Assembly (NCBI GenBank): GCA_963695025.1
Contig: CAVOFQ010000003.1
Span: 1,680,336-1,744,335, forward strand
Length of the DNA: 64,000 bases
Direction: 5' to 3'
Source of the DNA: an uncultured Actinomycetes bacterium
GTDB taxonomy: Bacteria; Actinomycetota; Thermoleophilia; Gaiellales; JAICJC01
Translations under genes and position numbers: made by a program
Notes under the pieces: generated by a model
Database searches by the model: none
What the model was told of the DNA's origin: nothing
Seen by the model: the letters and a program-made list of their open reading frames with translations, nothing else
Part shown: piece by piece, positions 19,572 to 32,872 of the stretch
Position numbering within the stretch: the stretch's first letter is position 1
How the letters are laid out: each line of letters starts with the position of its first letter

Positions 19572-21583
19572 CGCGACGTGTCGCTTCCGGCGTGGAAGAC
19601 GAAGCGGTGGTGCGGCGCGAAGAACTCCTGGAACACGCTTGCGGCAACCGGCGCTGCCGTCACGCCGCCGTGGCCGCCGTTGTGGATGAACGCCACCACG
19701 ACCAGCGACTGACCGCCCTGGGACGCCCAGCCGGCCCACCATGCATCGGAGCAGTTCGGGCAGGTGGGGGTGGGCACCTCGGCGGTGCCGGTCTTGCCGT
19801 AGACAGTCGGCTGGAAGTTGCCGAAGATCGCGCTGGAGGTACCGTTGCCCGCGTGGGTGGCGCCATAGAGGCCCAGCTTGATCTCGCTCAGGAGCGTCGG
19901 GCTCAGGTTCATGTGCCGCTGCGCCTTCGGGGCGATCGCGCCGCCCGGGATCACCTGGGTGGTGCTGCCGGGCTTGAGGATGTCCTGGCCGACATGCGGG
20001 GTGACGACGTAGCCGCCGTTTTCGAGCGCGCTGTAGGCAACCGCCTGCTGCAGCGGCGAGACGAGCAGATTGCCCTGGCCGATGGCCATCGTGATGTCAT
20101 CGCCGGGCTCCCAGATCTGCTCGATCTGCTGCTGGGCAGGCGTGCCGGGCCAGGTCTGGTCGGCCTTCCACACCCTGTCGGGGACGATGCCGGCCTGCGC
20201 GCCGCCGGCGTCCAGCGGCGGCGTCTGGCCGTAGCCGAACCTGCGGATCCAGCCCTGGAACTGGTCCCGCCGCGCCCAGAAGTCGTCCCCGAGCTGGTAG
20301 AAGAACGTGTCGCACGACACCTGGAGCGCCGTGGACAGGTTCATCGCGCCCATCGAGAGCGGCGTCCAGTCGAAGAACTTGTGCGGGTTCGCGGACTTGT
20401 CCCACTGCGACGTGATGTAGCCGGGGCACTCGAGCTTCTGGCCGGGGGCGAGGATGCCGGACTGGAAGGCGGCCGTCGCGGTGATCGGCTTGAACGTCGA
20501 CCCCGCCGGGTAGGTGCCCTGGAAGGCCTTGTCGTAGGCGGGCGTGAGCGTGCTCTTTGCCAGCGCCGTCGAGCCCTTGAAGGGCGGGATGTGCACCTTG
20601 GGGCTGTACGTGGGCGACGAGGCCATCGCATAGATGGCCCCGGTCTGGGGGTTCATGGCCACCACAGCGCCGAAGTCGGCCGGCTGGCCGTCGAGGTGTG
20701 CGATGGAGATGCCCTGGAGCACCGCCTGCTGGGCTGTGCGCTGGAGGGGGGCGTCGATGGTCAGGCGCAGGTTGTCGCCGGCGACCGGAGACTGGGTCAG
20801 ATAGGCCGCACCGACCGGGGCGCCCGTTGGGTCGACGGTCTCCTGGATCTGGCCGTCCTGGCCGCGCAGGTAGCGGTCGTAGGTCTTCTCCACGCCCGCC
20901 TGGCCGGCGGTGCCGATGGTCGGCAGCTTCTCGTGGTAGGTGGAGTCCTTCAGGTTCTGGAGCGTGATCGCCCCGACGAACCCGATCAGGTTGGGGTTGA
21001 TCGGGCCGAACTGGGCGAGCGTCGGGTACGTGCGCTGGTACGCGTGCTCGAACTGGACGCCGGGGAACCGCCACCGCCGCTCCAGGACGTAGGCCGTCTC
21101 GCGCCGGTTGACGCTGAACGGCAGCGTCACCGGGTAGCCGGGGTTCGCGTTGGCGAGGTGGGAGAACCTGTTCCACATGCGCGGATAGGGGACGTTCAGC
21201 ACCCACGCCAAGCGGCTCAGCACCATGCAGCCGGGCTTGTGCTGCAGCGCCGTCCGGTCGTGCACCGTGTCCGCGCAGTGCGCCCCGTCCGGCAGTCGCC
21301 CCTCATCGACCTGGACGGCGATGCTCGCGCCGGTACCGACGAGCACATGGCCGTTACGGTCGAGGATCTCGCCGCGCGGGGCCGGCACGCTGATCGTCCG
21401 GACGCTGTCCTGGGCCGCGGCGGCGACGTACTGGTCGGAGTGCAGCACCTGCAACGCCCACAGCCGGAACAGCAACACCCCCAGCAGCGCCGCCGCGATC
21501 ACCCCAAGCGTCGCCGCCCGCAGTGCCAGCGGCACCGGGTCGGGGGTCGGCTCGGGCCTAGACGGTGGCCGCTGCAGGAACAT
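19568..21583 (-). CDS. mrdA: penicillin-binding protein 2 (elongasome transpeptidase)
   Basis: 671 aa. N-terminal TM helix. SxxK (AGSTFKP) and KTG (YGKTGTAE) motifs. Confidence 0.9.
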   Translation of the reverse strand: MFLQRPPSRPEPTPDPVPLALRAATLGVIAAALLGVLLFRLWALQVLHSDQYVAAAAQDSVRTISVPAPRGEILDRNGHVLVGTGASIAVQVDEGRLPDGAHCADTVHDRTALQHKPGCMVLSRLAWVLNVPYPRMWNRFSHLANANPGYPVTLPFSVNRRETAYVLERRWRFPGVQFEHAYQRTYPTLAQFGPINPNLIGFVGAITLQNLKDSTYHEKLPTIGTAGQAGVEKTYDRYLRGQDGQIQETVDPTGAPVGAAYLTQSPVAGDNLRLTIDAPLQRTAQQAVLQGISIAHLDGQPADFGAVVAMNPQTGAIYAMASSPTYSPKVHIPPFKGSTALAKSTLTPAYDKAFQGTYPAGSTFKPITATAAFQSGILAPGQKLECPGYITSQWDKSANPHKFFDWTPLSMGAMNLSTALQVSCDTFFYQLGDDFWARRDQFQGWIRRFGYGQTPPLDAGGAQAGIVPDRVWKADQTWPGTPAQQQIEQIWEPGDDITMAIGQGNLLVSPLQQAVAYSALENGGYVVTPHVGQDILKPGSTTQVIPGGAIAPKAQRHMNLSPTLLSEIKLGLYGATHAGNGTSSAIFGNFQPTVYGKTGTAEVPTPTCPNCSDAWWAGWASQGGQSLVVVAFIHNGGHGGVTAAPVAASVFQEFFAPHHRFVFHAGSDTSR

Positions 21584-22100
21584 CGCGTCGGCGTCTCGAG
21601 GGACGGAACAGCAAGCGCAGGAGCGGCAGGAACAGGAGTGCCAGAAGCGTCGTCTGGAGCAGGGAGGGCACGATCTGGTGCCAGATCAGGTAGCCCGCCG
21701 GGTAGCCGAATCCGAGCAGCACCTCGACCGCCACCAGCACGACCTGGACGAGCAGGGCGCCCGCGACGACCCACGGCAGGGGCCGCACCGGCGCCGGCTC
21801 GAGCATGCCCGCGCCGGCCTCACCGCGGGTCGCAAAGGTCGCGACCACCCAGGCGCATGCGAGGTACGAGAGCGATGTCAGGCCGAGGTGCCGGAACAGG
21901 ATCGCGTCCAGCAGGAGTCCGCCCACGAACCCGGCGACCGCCGCGATCTCGAGCCCCCGCCAGAGGGCGAGCGCCACGACGAGGATGGCCACCAGATCGG
22001 GCCCGCCCCCGAACGGATACAGCTGCGGCGTCACGGATACCTGCATGATCACGAGGACGAACACGCACACGAGCGCCTTGAGGTAGTCGAGTGCGGCCAT
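21558..22100 (-). CDS. mreD: rod shape-determining protein MreD
   Basis: Track ORF 21558..22241. I start at ATG 22100 (MAALDYLKALVCVFVLVIMQVSV...). Small polytopic membrane protein between mreC and mrdA. Confidence 0.75.
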   Translation of the reverse strand: MAALDYLKALVCVFVLVIMQVSVTPQLYPFGGGPDLVAILVVALALWRGLEIAAVAGFVGGLLLDAILFRHLGLTSLSYLACAWVVATFATRGEAGAGMLEPAPVRPLPWVVAGALLVQVVLVAVEVLLGFGYPAGYLIWHQIVPSLLQTTLLALLFLPLLRLLFRPSRRRRDVPAAATV

Positions 22101-22267
22101 CAGGTGAGTGGTTCCACGTCGCCGTGATGTCCTGGGTGGCGAGAACCACCCGCAAGGCATTGCCTTGCGGGAGCGTTGAGGCGAAGGTTCGCAGCCGCAG
22201 CCCCGCCACGACCTGCCACACCACCGCCAGCGGACGTCCAAGTGCGCGGGGGCGTGGAATCACTCAC

Positions 22268-23143
22268 CTAGTGGGCCTCGAGGACGGAGACGGCGCTGAG
22301 CGTCCCGAAGTTGACGAACGGCGTCACCTGGATCACCTTCGCGCCACCGCCGAAGTCATTGTTGGTGACGGTGTCGACGCGGCCGATGAGGATGCCCGCC
22401 GGATAGAACGACTGCAGCTGCGGGTTCCCCGTGCCGGGCAGCCCCGTGGTGACGACCGTATCGCCCTTGTGGACCGCGGCCGACTGGAGCACCTGCTCCA
22501 TGTTGAGCTCGCCGGGCGTGCCGGTCGCGGGCACGACCGTCCCCGACGCGCCCTGCTGTCCCTGCACCGCGGCGGTGACGCCGGTGTTGGGATCGAGCAG
22601 TGTCTCGACGAGGGCCGTGGTGGACGTCACCTCCGAGACCCGCCCGACCAGTCCCCCGCCCTCAGACGTCGGGGCCACCACGGCGTCGTTCACCTTCACG
22701 CCCTGGTCGCTGCCGATGCCGAGCGTGACCGTGGGCGAGGTGGCGTAGGGAGACACGGCGATCACCGAACCCGACACCGGGCTGAACTGGGGATTCTTCT
22801 GCACCCAGTTGGCGAGGCCCTTGTAGGTTGCGTTCTCGCTCTGGAGCTGCTTGATCAGCGATGCGGCCTGACCCAGCTTCGTGCGTTCGATCCTGAGCTC
22901 CGCGGTCTGGTTGCGCGCGTGGATGAGGCTGGTCGTCCAGTGCCAGCCGTCGACGAACGGGCTCGTGACGCGATGGGCGACGGCCGAGAACGGAGAGGTG
23001 AACTGCGCCACGCTGCGCTGCATGGATCCGACGACGCCGGTCGATCCCTCCCGGTAGGACACGGTGAGGAGGGTGAGCGAGGCGGCGACCAGCAGGCCGA
23101 CAACGGCCCGCCTGCGTATGACACGGTTCTTGCTCAGGAGCAT
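22268..23143 (-). CDS. mreC: rod shape-determining protein MreC
   Basis: 291 aa. N-terminal TM helix, coiled-coil, then beta domains (…VVTTGLPGTGNPQLQSFYPAGILIGRV). Confidence 0.88.
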   Translation of the reverse strand: MLLSKNRVIRRRAVVGLLVAASLTLLTVSYREGSTGVVGSMQRSVAQFTSPFSAVAHRVTSPFVDGWHWTTSLIHARNQTAELRIERTKLGQAASLIKQLQSENATYKGLANWVQKNPQFSPVSGSVIAVSPYATSPTVTLGIGSDQGVKVNDAVVAPTSEGGGLVGRVSEVTSTTALVETLLDPNTGVTAAVQGQQGASGTVVPATGTPGELNMEQVLQSAAVHKGDTVVTTGLPGTGNPQLQSFYPAGILIGRVDTVTNNDFGGGAKVIQVTPFVNFGTLSAVSVLEAH

Positions 23144-23238
23144 GATTCAGGACGGGTCGGGGGCCCGATTCTACCTGACAGGGCCGCAGCCGCCCCGTAC
23201 AGGTGAATATTCAAACGTGGCTCCAAGAGAAAGGCTCG

Positions 23239-23244
23239 TATACT
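23239..23244 (+). promoter_or_regulatory. -10-like TATACT placed for a leaderless transcript of 23251..23496
   Basis: TATACT is followed by 6 nt and then ATG 23251. No Shine-Dalgarno sequence. Confidence 0.35.
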
Positions 23245-23250
23245 CGAAAC

Positions 23251-23496
23251 ATGTCCAAGCAACGAGCTCTCGTGATCGCCGGCGTGCTCGCCGGGATCTT
23301 CTTCATCGCAGTCGCCATCATGTATTGGACCGTTCCGCCCAAGTCGCTTCCGCTCCCGAACTTCCTCGGACACGAGTCCGGCGTCTCGGCCGTGCACGTC
23401 AAGCACGGCGTCGCCTCGTTCCTGGTCGGCCTGGCCTGCTTCGCCTTCGCCTGGTTCCAGAGCGGGCCGAAGCGCGAGCGCGCGTCTGCGACCTGA
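23251..23496 (+). CDS. small two-helix membrane protein, hypothetical
   Basis: Internal ATG of track ORF 23203..23496. MSKQRALVIAGVLAGIFFIAVAIMYW...GVASFLVGLACFAFAWF. G/C-rich third positions. Confidence 0.5.
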   Translation: MSKQRALVIAGVLAGIFFIAVAIMYWTVPPKSLPLPNFLGHESGVSAVHVKHGVASFLVGLACFAFAWFQSGPKRERASAT

Positions 23497-23507
23497 TCCA
23501 AACGGGG

Positions 23508-24404
23508 TCAGTTGACGGTGAAGTAGATCGAGGTCGCGACGCCGGCGATCACGCAGTAGATCGCAAACGGCGTCAGCCGGTTCGTTTCGAAGTAGCGCAT
23601 CAGGAAGCGCACCGAGAGGTACGCCGTCACCGCGGCGCACAGCGAGGCCGCGATGGCCGGTCCGCGCACGCCGTTCCCGTCGGGCCCCAGGAGCACCGGG
23701 ATCTTGAGCAGTGCCGCCGCGCCGATGATCGGAGTCGCCAGCAGGAACGAGAACCGGGCGGCGTCCTCGTTCGACAGACCCGCGAGCAGGCTGCCCCCCA
23801 TCGAGGCGCCCGAGCGCGAAAAACCCGGGATGAGCGCGATGGCCTGTGCGGCTCCGACGCCGAGCGCCTCCCGCCAGCCCACCCGCTTGACGATGCGCAC
23901 GTCGTCGTCGGAGTCGCCCTCGGGCACGCCCGGTGCGCGGCGGCGCAAGAGCTCCGCGCCGTAGAGCATGAACCCGTTCAGGATCAGAAAGAATGCGGCG
24001 GAGCGGGCCGACGCGAACACCGACTGCAGCTTGTCCTGCAGCAGCAGCCCCAGGATGCCGGCGGGGATCGTGGCGACCACGACCAGCCAGCCCAGCCGGG
24101 CCTCGGGGTTCTCGGGTGAGATCTCGCGCTCGACCAGCGACCGCCACATGCCGCTCAGGATGCGGATCCAGTCGCGCCCGAAGAACACGAGCAGCACGAT
24201 CGCCGTGGCCAGATGGGTGGCCACCAGGAAGGCGATGAAGTACTTGTCGTCCTGGTGGATGTTCCAGCCGAGCAGCCGGGGCAGGATGACGCTGTGACCG
24301 AGGCTCGAGATCGGGAAGAGCTCGGCGAAGCCCTGCAGCAGGCCCAGCACCACGGCCTGAAAGTATGAGATCGGTCCGGCGAGGATCAGCATGCCCAGGC
24401 CCAA
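23508..24404 (-). CDS. uppP: undecaprenyl-diphosphate phosphatase
   Basis: 298 aa. LGLLQGFAELFPISSLGHSVILP and ...IPGFSRSGASM motifs of BacA/UppP. Confidence 0.9.
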   Translation of the reverse strand: MGLGMLILAGPISYFQAVVLGLLQGFAELFPISSLGHSVILPRLLGWNIHQDDKYFIAFLVATHLATAIVLLVFFGRDWIRILSGMWRSLVEREISPENPEARLGWLVVVATIPAGILGLLLQDKLQSVFASARSAAFFLILNGFMLYGAELLRRRAPGVPEGDSDDDVRIVKRVGWREALGVGAAQAIALIPGFSRSGASMGGSLLAGLSNEDAARFSFLLATPIIGAAALLKIPVLLGPDGNGVRGPAIAASLCAAVTAYLSVRFLMRYFETNRLTPFAIYCVIAGVATSIYFTVN

Positions 24405-24413
24405 TCCACCATC

Positions 24414-25439
<1,026 letters not shown>

Positions 25440-25533
25440 GTCGCGGCCGCCAAGACCGGTGAGAGAGTTGAGGAAGCTGATGGTGTGTGAAGCTCGAGAG
25501 TTCGCTGCAATTCGCCTGAAAAACGGCTATTCG

Positions 25534-25539
25534 ATTCTA
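25534..25539 (-). promoter_or_regulatory. candidate -10 box (TAGAAT on minus strand) for mreB
   Basis: Reverse complement reads GCTAGAATCGAATAGCC, about 95 nt upstream of the mreB ATG. By eye only. Confidence 0.3.
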
Positions 25540-26109
25540 GCGTACCGCTGCAACTGCCATGACATCGATCAGCGCGGCGACCGGCAGGCCGACCACGTTC
25601 TGATAGTCGCCGGCGATCGATCGCACCAACGCCGCGCCGCGGCCCTGCACCGCGTAGCCGCCGGCGCGGTCGCGCCACTCGCCGGTGCCGAGGTACCAAT
25701 CGACGTCACTCGGCTCGAGGGCGGCGAACGTCACGTCGGTCGCCGCGTGGCGCACATGCTCGGCACCATCGAGTCGCAGACACAGCCCCGAGTGGACGGT
25801 GTGGGTGCGTCCGGACAGCAGGGTCAGGTACTCACGCGCCTGCTCCTCGCCGGCCGGCTTGCCCAGCACACGCCCCTCCACAGCCACCAGAGTATCGACG
25901 CCGAGCACGCAGCGGCCGTCGACCGATGCCGCCTTCGCCCGCGCATGGGTGACGGCGATCTCGCCCGGCTCGCCGGCGAGCGGGGGCTCGTCGTAGGCAG
26001 GCTCGACCACCTCGAAGTCGACCCCGAGCATGGCCAGGATCGCGCGCCGCTGCGGGGAGCGAGACGCCAGCAGCAGCGGCTGCAGGCGGCCGAGCCCCTC
26101 GGGGATCAT
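25537..26109 (-). CDS. maf: Maf-like nucleoside triphosphate pyrophosphatase
   Basis: 190 aa. [24 protein letters not shown]...[27 protein letters not shown]. Confidence 0.9.
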   Translation of the reverse strand: MIPEGLGRLQPLLLASRSPQRRAILAMLGVDFEVVEPAYDEPPLAGEPGEIAVTHARAKAASVDGRCVLGVDTLVAVEGRVLGKPAGEEQAREYLTLLSGRTHTVHSGLCLRLDGAEHVRHAATDVTFAALEPSDVDWYLGTGEWRDRAGGYAVQGRGAALVRSIAGDYQNVVGLPVAALIDVMAVAAVR

Positions 26110-26531
26110 CCCGTGAGCTCGCCGTCCGCGAAGAAGATCGCGATCTCCCGCGCGGCGGAGGTCGGCGAGTCGGATCCGTGGACGACGTTGCGGCCGAGGT
26201 CGAGCGCGTAGTCGCCCCGCATCGTTCCGGGTGCGGAGTCAAGCGGGTTGGTCACGCCCATCATGGCCCGCACCGCCGCCACGGCTCCCGGGCCCTCGAG
26301 CACCATCGCGACGACCGGGCCGGACGTGATGAACTGGACGAGCTCGGGGTAGAACGGCTTGCCGACGTGCTCGACGTAGTGCTCGGCCGCCTGCTGCTCG
26401 GCGACACGGATCAGCTTCAGGCCGCGGATCGTGAAGCCGCGGCGCTCGAAGCGCGAGACGATCTCGCCCACAAGCCGCCGTTCCACGGCATCGGGCTTGA
26501 CCAGAAACAGGGTGCGCTCGACGTCGGCCAC
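26106..26531 (-). CDS. ndk: nucleoside-diphosphate kinase
   Basis: 141 aa. [29 protein letters not shown]...[16 protein letters not shown]. Confidence 0.95.
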   Translation of the reverse strand: MADVERTLFLVKPDAVERRLVGEIVSRFERRGFTIRGLKLIRVAEQQAAEHYVEHVGKPFYPELVQFITSGPVVAMVLEGPGAVAAVRAMMGVTNPLDSAPGTMRGDYALDLGRNVVHGSDSPTSAAREIAIFFADGELTG

Positions 26532-26549
26532 GATCCCGGCGGGGTCCGC

Positions 26550-27092
26550 TCAGGCCTCGGTCGTCGTGCGCTGGCCGGCGCGGCGGGGCCGTTCCGGTGG
26601 TGGCAGCGTGGTCGCCACCGTCTCGCAGTACGGGCACAGGCGCCAGGTCGGGTCGAGCGGTGCCTTGCAGCGCCGGCAGGCCTGCTTCAGCTTGGTGCCG
26701 CAGTGCGGGCACGAGAGGAAGCTGGCCTCGGAGGGGTTGCGGCAGTACGGGCACACCGAGTCGGCACCGAGGCGCCGCTCCATGGCCCGGATCTCGAGTT
26801 CGCGCTCGTGAACGTCGGCGATGTACTCGGGCGGCCGCAGGATGAGGTAGATGAGCACCCCGACGAACGGGAAGCAGACCGCGGTGGCGACACACACTCC
26901 GACGATGACCGGGTCCTCGATCCTCCGGCGTGCGTCCTTCCAGGTCCAGAACACCGTCGCCCCGTAGAGCGCGATCCCAAACAGCGCCGCCAGCTTGATC
27001 AGCGCCGAGAAGTAGCTCGAGCTGAAGAAGTCCGTGACGCTCGAGAACGCGCCGGAGCTGGTGGTTGAGGCGGATGTGGCGGCGAAAAGCAT
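26550..27092 (-). CDS. membrane protein with C-terminal double zinc ribbon
   Basis: 180 aa. Two hydrophobic helices (WTWKDARRR between them), then four CxxC pairs (CPYC, CPHC, CRRC, CPYC). Confidence 0.7.
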   Translation of the reverse strand: MLFAATSASTTSSGAFSSVTDFFSSSYFSALIKLAALFGIALYGATVFWTWKDARRRIEDPVIVGVCVATAVCFPFVGVLIYLILRPPEYIADVHERELEIRAMERRLGADSVCPYCRNPSEASFLSCPHCGTKLKQACRRCKAPLDPTWRLCPYCETVATTLPPPERPRRAGQRTTTEA

Positions 27093-27103
27093 AAGCAGTC
27101 GGC

Positions 27104-28238
27104 TCAGTGTACGGCGGCCGGCGCGGTTCCGGCTCGTGTCGTCAGGTCATGGAGAAGATACAGCGAACCGCAAATGACAACCGCCCCCGACGGCCCCGCG
27201 AGGGTCAGGGCACGCTCTCGAGCCACCACAGGATCCGGCTCCGCCGGGTCCTCCGGTGAGCGCCGCAAGTGTATCCGCTGCAAGCGCGCGCGGGTTGCTC
27301 GATTGTGTTGCGATGATTGTCGGGCAAACGTTACGCAAGAGCTCGACCATCGCCGCGACGTCCTTCTCGCCCAGCGTCGAGAACACGGCCACGGGGGTGC
27401 GCCCGCCGATCAGCCCCGGGAGCTCGGACACCAGCCGGCGCATGCCGGCCGGGTTGTGGGCGCCGTCCCAGATCTCGAGCGGATCGTACCCGCGCACCTC
27501 CATCCGTCCCGGGATGCGCACCGCGTCCATCGGCCCGGCGTCGATCGCGTGCCCGAGCGCGAGCTCGACGGTCGCGCGCGCCACCGCCCGATTCTGGTCC
27601 TGGTATGTCCCGGCCACGGTCACCTGCTTCAAAGTACGCGCCTGCGGCACAAACCCCTCCCAGCCGGCCTCTCCGACGACCACCACTCCGCCCGCGGGAA
27701 CGACCGCCAGCTTCTCGGCTGCGATCGCCTCACGCGTCTCTCCGAGCAGCTCGGTGTGCTCGAGCGAGATGTTCGTGAGCACCTGCACGCGCGAGCGGGC
27801 GAGCACATTGGTGGCGTCCAGCCGGCCGCCCAGGCCGGCCTCGACGACCGCCCACCGGACACCGGCCGCGGCGAAGGCGGCAAACGCCGCGCCGGTGAGC
27901 GCCTCGAACTGGGTCACGCCGGCCCCGACGGCGTCGCGCACGCGCAGCACCGCCGCCTCATAGGCGGCCGCGTGGATCTCGGCGCCTCCGATCCGGATCC
28001 GCTCGCGGAACGACGTCAGATGCGGCGAGAGATAGGCGCCCACATGCACGCCCTCGGCGCGCAGGAGCGCCTCGGCATAGAGGGTGGTCGAGCCCTTGCC
28101 GTTGGTGCCGACGACGTGGATGGCGTCGAACGAGCGCTCGGGGTGGCCGAGCCGGTCGAGCAGCCCGTGCATGCGCTCGAGGCCGAAACGCATGCCGAAC
28201 AGCTGCAGCGAGTCGATGTAGACGTCCGCCGGGGTCAT
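27104..28238 (-). pseudogene. folC: folylpolyglutamate synthase/dihydrofolate synthase; apparent 1-nt frame disruption about 50 codons before the native stop
   Basis: ATG 28238 (MTPADVYIDSLQLFGMRFGLERM...HVVGTNGKGST). The track frame ends at 27147 with ...LTGGPGGAGSCGGSRACPDPRGAVGGGCHLRFAVSSP. The +1 frame from about 27253 reads EDPAEPDPVVARERALTLAGPSGAVVICGSLYLLHDL..., the canonical FolC C-terminus, and stops at 27104. Confidence 0.75.
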
Positions 28239-28258
28239 CGCAGCAGCCGAGCGGGTGC

Positions 28259-30772
<2,514 letters not shown>

Positions 30773-30804
30773 GGCCGCGCATCGTAGTGTCTCACCCCGC
30801 CGTA

Positions 30805-30810
30805 TAGACT
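30805..30810 (+). promoter_or_regulatory. -10-like TAGACT placed for a leaderless lysE-like transcript
   Basis: TAGACT is followed by 7 nt and then GTG 30818. Only 45 nt separate the divergent valS and lysE-like starts. Confidence 0.3.
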
Positions 30811-30817
30811 CGCCGGC

Positions 30818-31441
30818 GTGCACGCCGTGGTGGTGGGATTCGGGCTCGGGTTTCTGGTCGCGGTGCAGCTCGGGCCGATGTCACTGTTTCTGATCCGCTC
30901 GACGCTGCGGCGGGGGTGGTCGGTTGGGCTCGCAGTGGGCGCCGGAATCGCCGTGATCGACGGGGTGTACGCGTCACTCGGCGCCGCCGGCGCGGTGCCG
31001 CTGCTCGAGATCGGACCGCTGCGGGTGGTGCTGGGCCTAGTCGGTGCCGCGGTGCTCGTCGTCATCGGCGCGCGCACGCTCTGGAGCGCGTTCCGCGTCC
31101 GCCACGGCGGCGAGTCAGACCTCGAGGTGTCCGGGCCGTGGCGCGCATTTCTGACCGCGCTTGCGGGGACGGCGTCGAATCCGGCCACGATCGCGTCGTG
31201 GGCGGCAATCTTCGCCGCCGCGGGCGTCGGAGGCACGGGTACCTCGGCTCGGGCCGCCGCACTGCTGGTCACCGGCGTCGCGCTGGGCAGCGCCACCTGG
31301 GTGACCGTGCTCGCGAGCGTCGTCGCGATCATCCGCCGCGCCGTGGGGCCGCGCGCGATCAGGGCCGCCGACACCATCGCGGGCGTGGGGCTCGTCGGCT
31401 TCGGCGGCGCCCTCGCCTACGGCGCCGTCCACGACCGCTGA
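30818..31441 (+). CDS. LysE/RhtB family amino-acid exporter
   Basis: 207 aa. Six hydrophobic segments. N-terminus GFGLGFLVAVQLGPMSLFLIRSTLRRG is typical of the family. Confidence 0.8.
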   Translation: MHAVVVGFGLGFLVAVQLGPMSLFLIRSTLRRGWSVGLAVGAGIAVIDGVYASLGAAGAVPLLEIGPLRVVLGLVGAAVLVVIGARTLWSAFRVRHGGESDLEVSGPWRAFLTALAGTASNPATIASWAAIFAAAGVGGTGTSARAAALLVTGVALGSATWVTVLASVVAIIRRAVGPRAIRAADTIAGVGLVGFGGALAYGAVHDR

Positions 31442-31447
31442 ATACGC

Positions 31448-31460
31448 GGTGCCAGGCACC
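31448..31460. repeat. short palindrome GGTGCCAGGCACC (first copy of the motif)
   Basis: Same core as the larger palindrome about 85 nt downstream (GGTGCC-W-GGCACC). Confidence 0.5.
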
Positions 31461-31522
31461 ACATATTCACGCCGAAGAGCGTGGCGGCCTTACGGACCTT
31501 TCGCGTCCACGGTTTTTGGCCG

Positions 31523-31553
31523 TGCATACACGGTGCCTGGCACCGTGTATGCA
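31523..31553. terminator. 31-nt perfect palindrome between convergent lysE-like and clpX genes (probable bidirectional terminator or protein-binding site)
   Basis: TGCATACACGGTGCC-T-GGCACCGTGTATGCA. The arms are 15 nt and perfectly complementary. Confidence 0.55.
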
Positions 31554-31591
31554 TCCACCATGGCGGTGGTGGGTTGGCGAGCGGTGGTGCG

Positions 31592-32872
31592 TTAGGCCGA
31601 CTCTTCGCGCAGCTCGTCGGTGACGTCGAGCTCCTGGCCGCCCTCGGTGACGAGAGTCGGGTCGAGATGCTTCTCGATCGTCTCCTTGGTCACGACGCAC
31701 TTGTTCACGTCCTTGCGCGACGGCAGGTCGAACATCACGTTCAAAAGCGCCGACTCGATGATCGAGCGCAGGCCGCGGGCGCCGGTCGCGCGCTCCAGTG
31801 CGCTGTTCGCGATCGCGCCGAGGGCGTCCTCGGTGAAGACCAGGTCGATGGAGTCGTAGTTGAAGAAGCGCTGGTACTGCTTGACGAGCGCGTTCTTCGG
31901 CTCGAGCAGGATCCGGATCAGGTCTTCGCGGTCGAGCGCGTGCACCGCCGAGACCACCGGCAGGCGGCCGATGAACTCGGGGATGAGGCCGTAGGAGATC
32001 AGATCCTCCGGCATGACCTGTGGGAAGAGATCCTTGGACGGGCCGTTCTTGCGCGAGCGCAGCTCGGCGCCGAAGCCGACGGAGTTGCGGCCGATCCGGC
32101 GCTCGATGATCTTGTCGAGGTCGGCGAAGGCGCCGCCGCACACGAACAGGATGTTGGTCGTGTCGATCGACAGGAACTCCTGGTGGGGGTGCTTGCGCCC
32201 ACCCTGCGGCGGCACGCTTGCAACCGTCCCCTCGAGGATCTTCAGGAGCGCCTGCTGGACGCCCTCGCCGCTGACGTCGCGCGTGATCGAGGGGTTGTCC
32301 GCCTTGCGGGCGATCTTGTCGACCTCGTCGATGTAGATGATCCCGGTCTCGGCCTTCTTCACATCGAAGTCGGCCGCCTGGATCAGCTTGAGCAGGATGT
32401 TCTCGACGTCCTCACCGACGTACCCGGCCTCGGTCAGGGCCGTGGCATCGGCGATCGCGAACGGCACGTTCAGGATCCGGGCGAGCGTCTGGGCCAGGAG
32501 CGTCTTGCCGCAGCCGGTCGGCCCCAGCAGCAGGATGTTCGACTTCTGGAGCTCGACCTCGGAGTCGGATGAGCCCGCCATCTGGACGCGCTTGTAGTGG
32601 TTGTAGACCGCCACCGACAGCGTCCGCTTGGCCTCCTCCTGCCCCACCACGTAGTCGTTCAGGACCGCGTAGATCTCCTTCGGCTTGGGCAGGTTGTCGA
32701 GGTCGAGCTGGGCGGGAGTGGTCAGCTCCTCGTCGATGATCTCGTTGCACAGGTCGATGCACTCGTCGCAGATGTAGACGCCCGGGCCGGCGATCAGCTT
32801 CTTGACCTGCCGCTGCGACTTGCCGCAGAAACTGCACAGGAGTTGCTCGTTCGTGTCGGTGGGCCGTGCCAT
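31592..32872 (-). CDS. clpX: ATP-dependent Clp protease ATP-binding subunit ClpX
   Basis: 426 aa. N-terminal zinc finger [27 protein letters not shown]. Walker [11 protein letters not shown]. Confidence 0.97.
   Translation of the reverse strand: MARPTDTNEQLLCSFCGKSQRQVKKLIAGPGVYICDECIDLCNEIIDEELTTPAQLDLDNLPKPKEIYAVLNDYVVGQEEAKRTLSVAVYNHYKRVQMAGSSDSEVELQKSNILLLGPTGCGKTLLAQTLARILNVPFAIADATALTEAGYVGEDVENILLKLIQAADFDVKKAETGIIYIDEVDKIARKADNPSITRDVSGEGVQQALLKILEGTVASVPPQGGRKHPHQEFLSIDTTNILFVCGGAFADLDKIIERRIGRNSVGFGAELRSRKNGPSKDLFPQVMPEDLISYGLIPEFIGRLPVVSAVHALDREDLIRILLEPKNALVKQYQRFFNYDSIDLVFTEDALGAIANSALERATGARGLRSIIESALLNVMFDLPSRKDVNKCVVTKETIEKHLDPTLVTEGGQELDVTDELREESA

Noticed and set aside
17527-19647. 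706-aa minus-strand ORF spanning rodA and the downstream gene.
   Set aside because: Only its last 288 codons (from ATG 18390) read like a real protein (DUF697-like). The upstream part is an off-frame of rodA, whose own frame (18417..19571) has the FtsW/RodA signature.
22101-22267. 167-nt gap between mreC and mreD examined for a small gene or RNA.
   Set aside because: No ORF with plausible codon bias and no obvious conserved structure by eye. Possibly just an uncertain mreD start.
27147-27149. Stop codon at 27147 as the true end of folC.
   Set aside because: The C-terminal 40 residues in that frame are Gly/Cys/Pro-rich nonsense, whereas the +1 frame gives the canonical FolC terminus ending at 27104.
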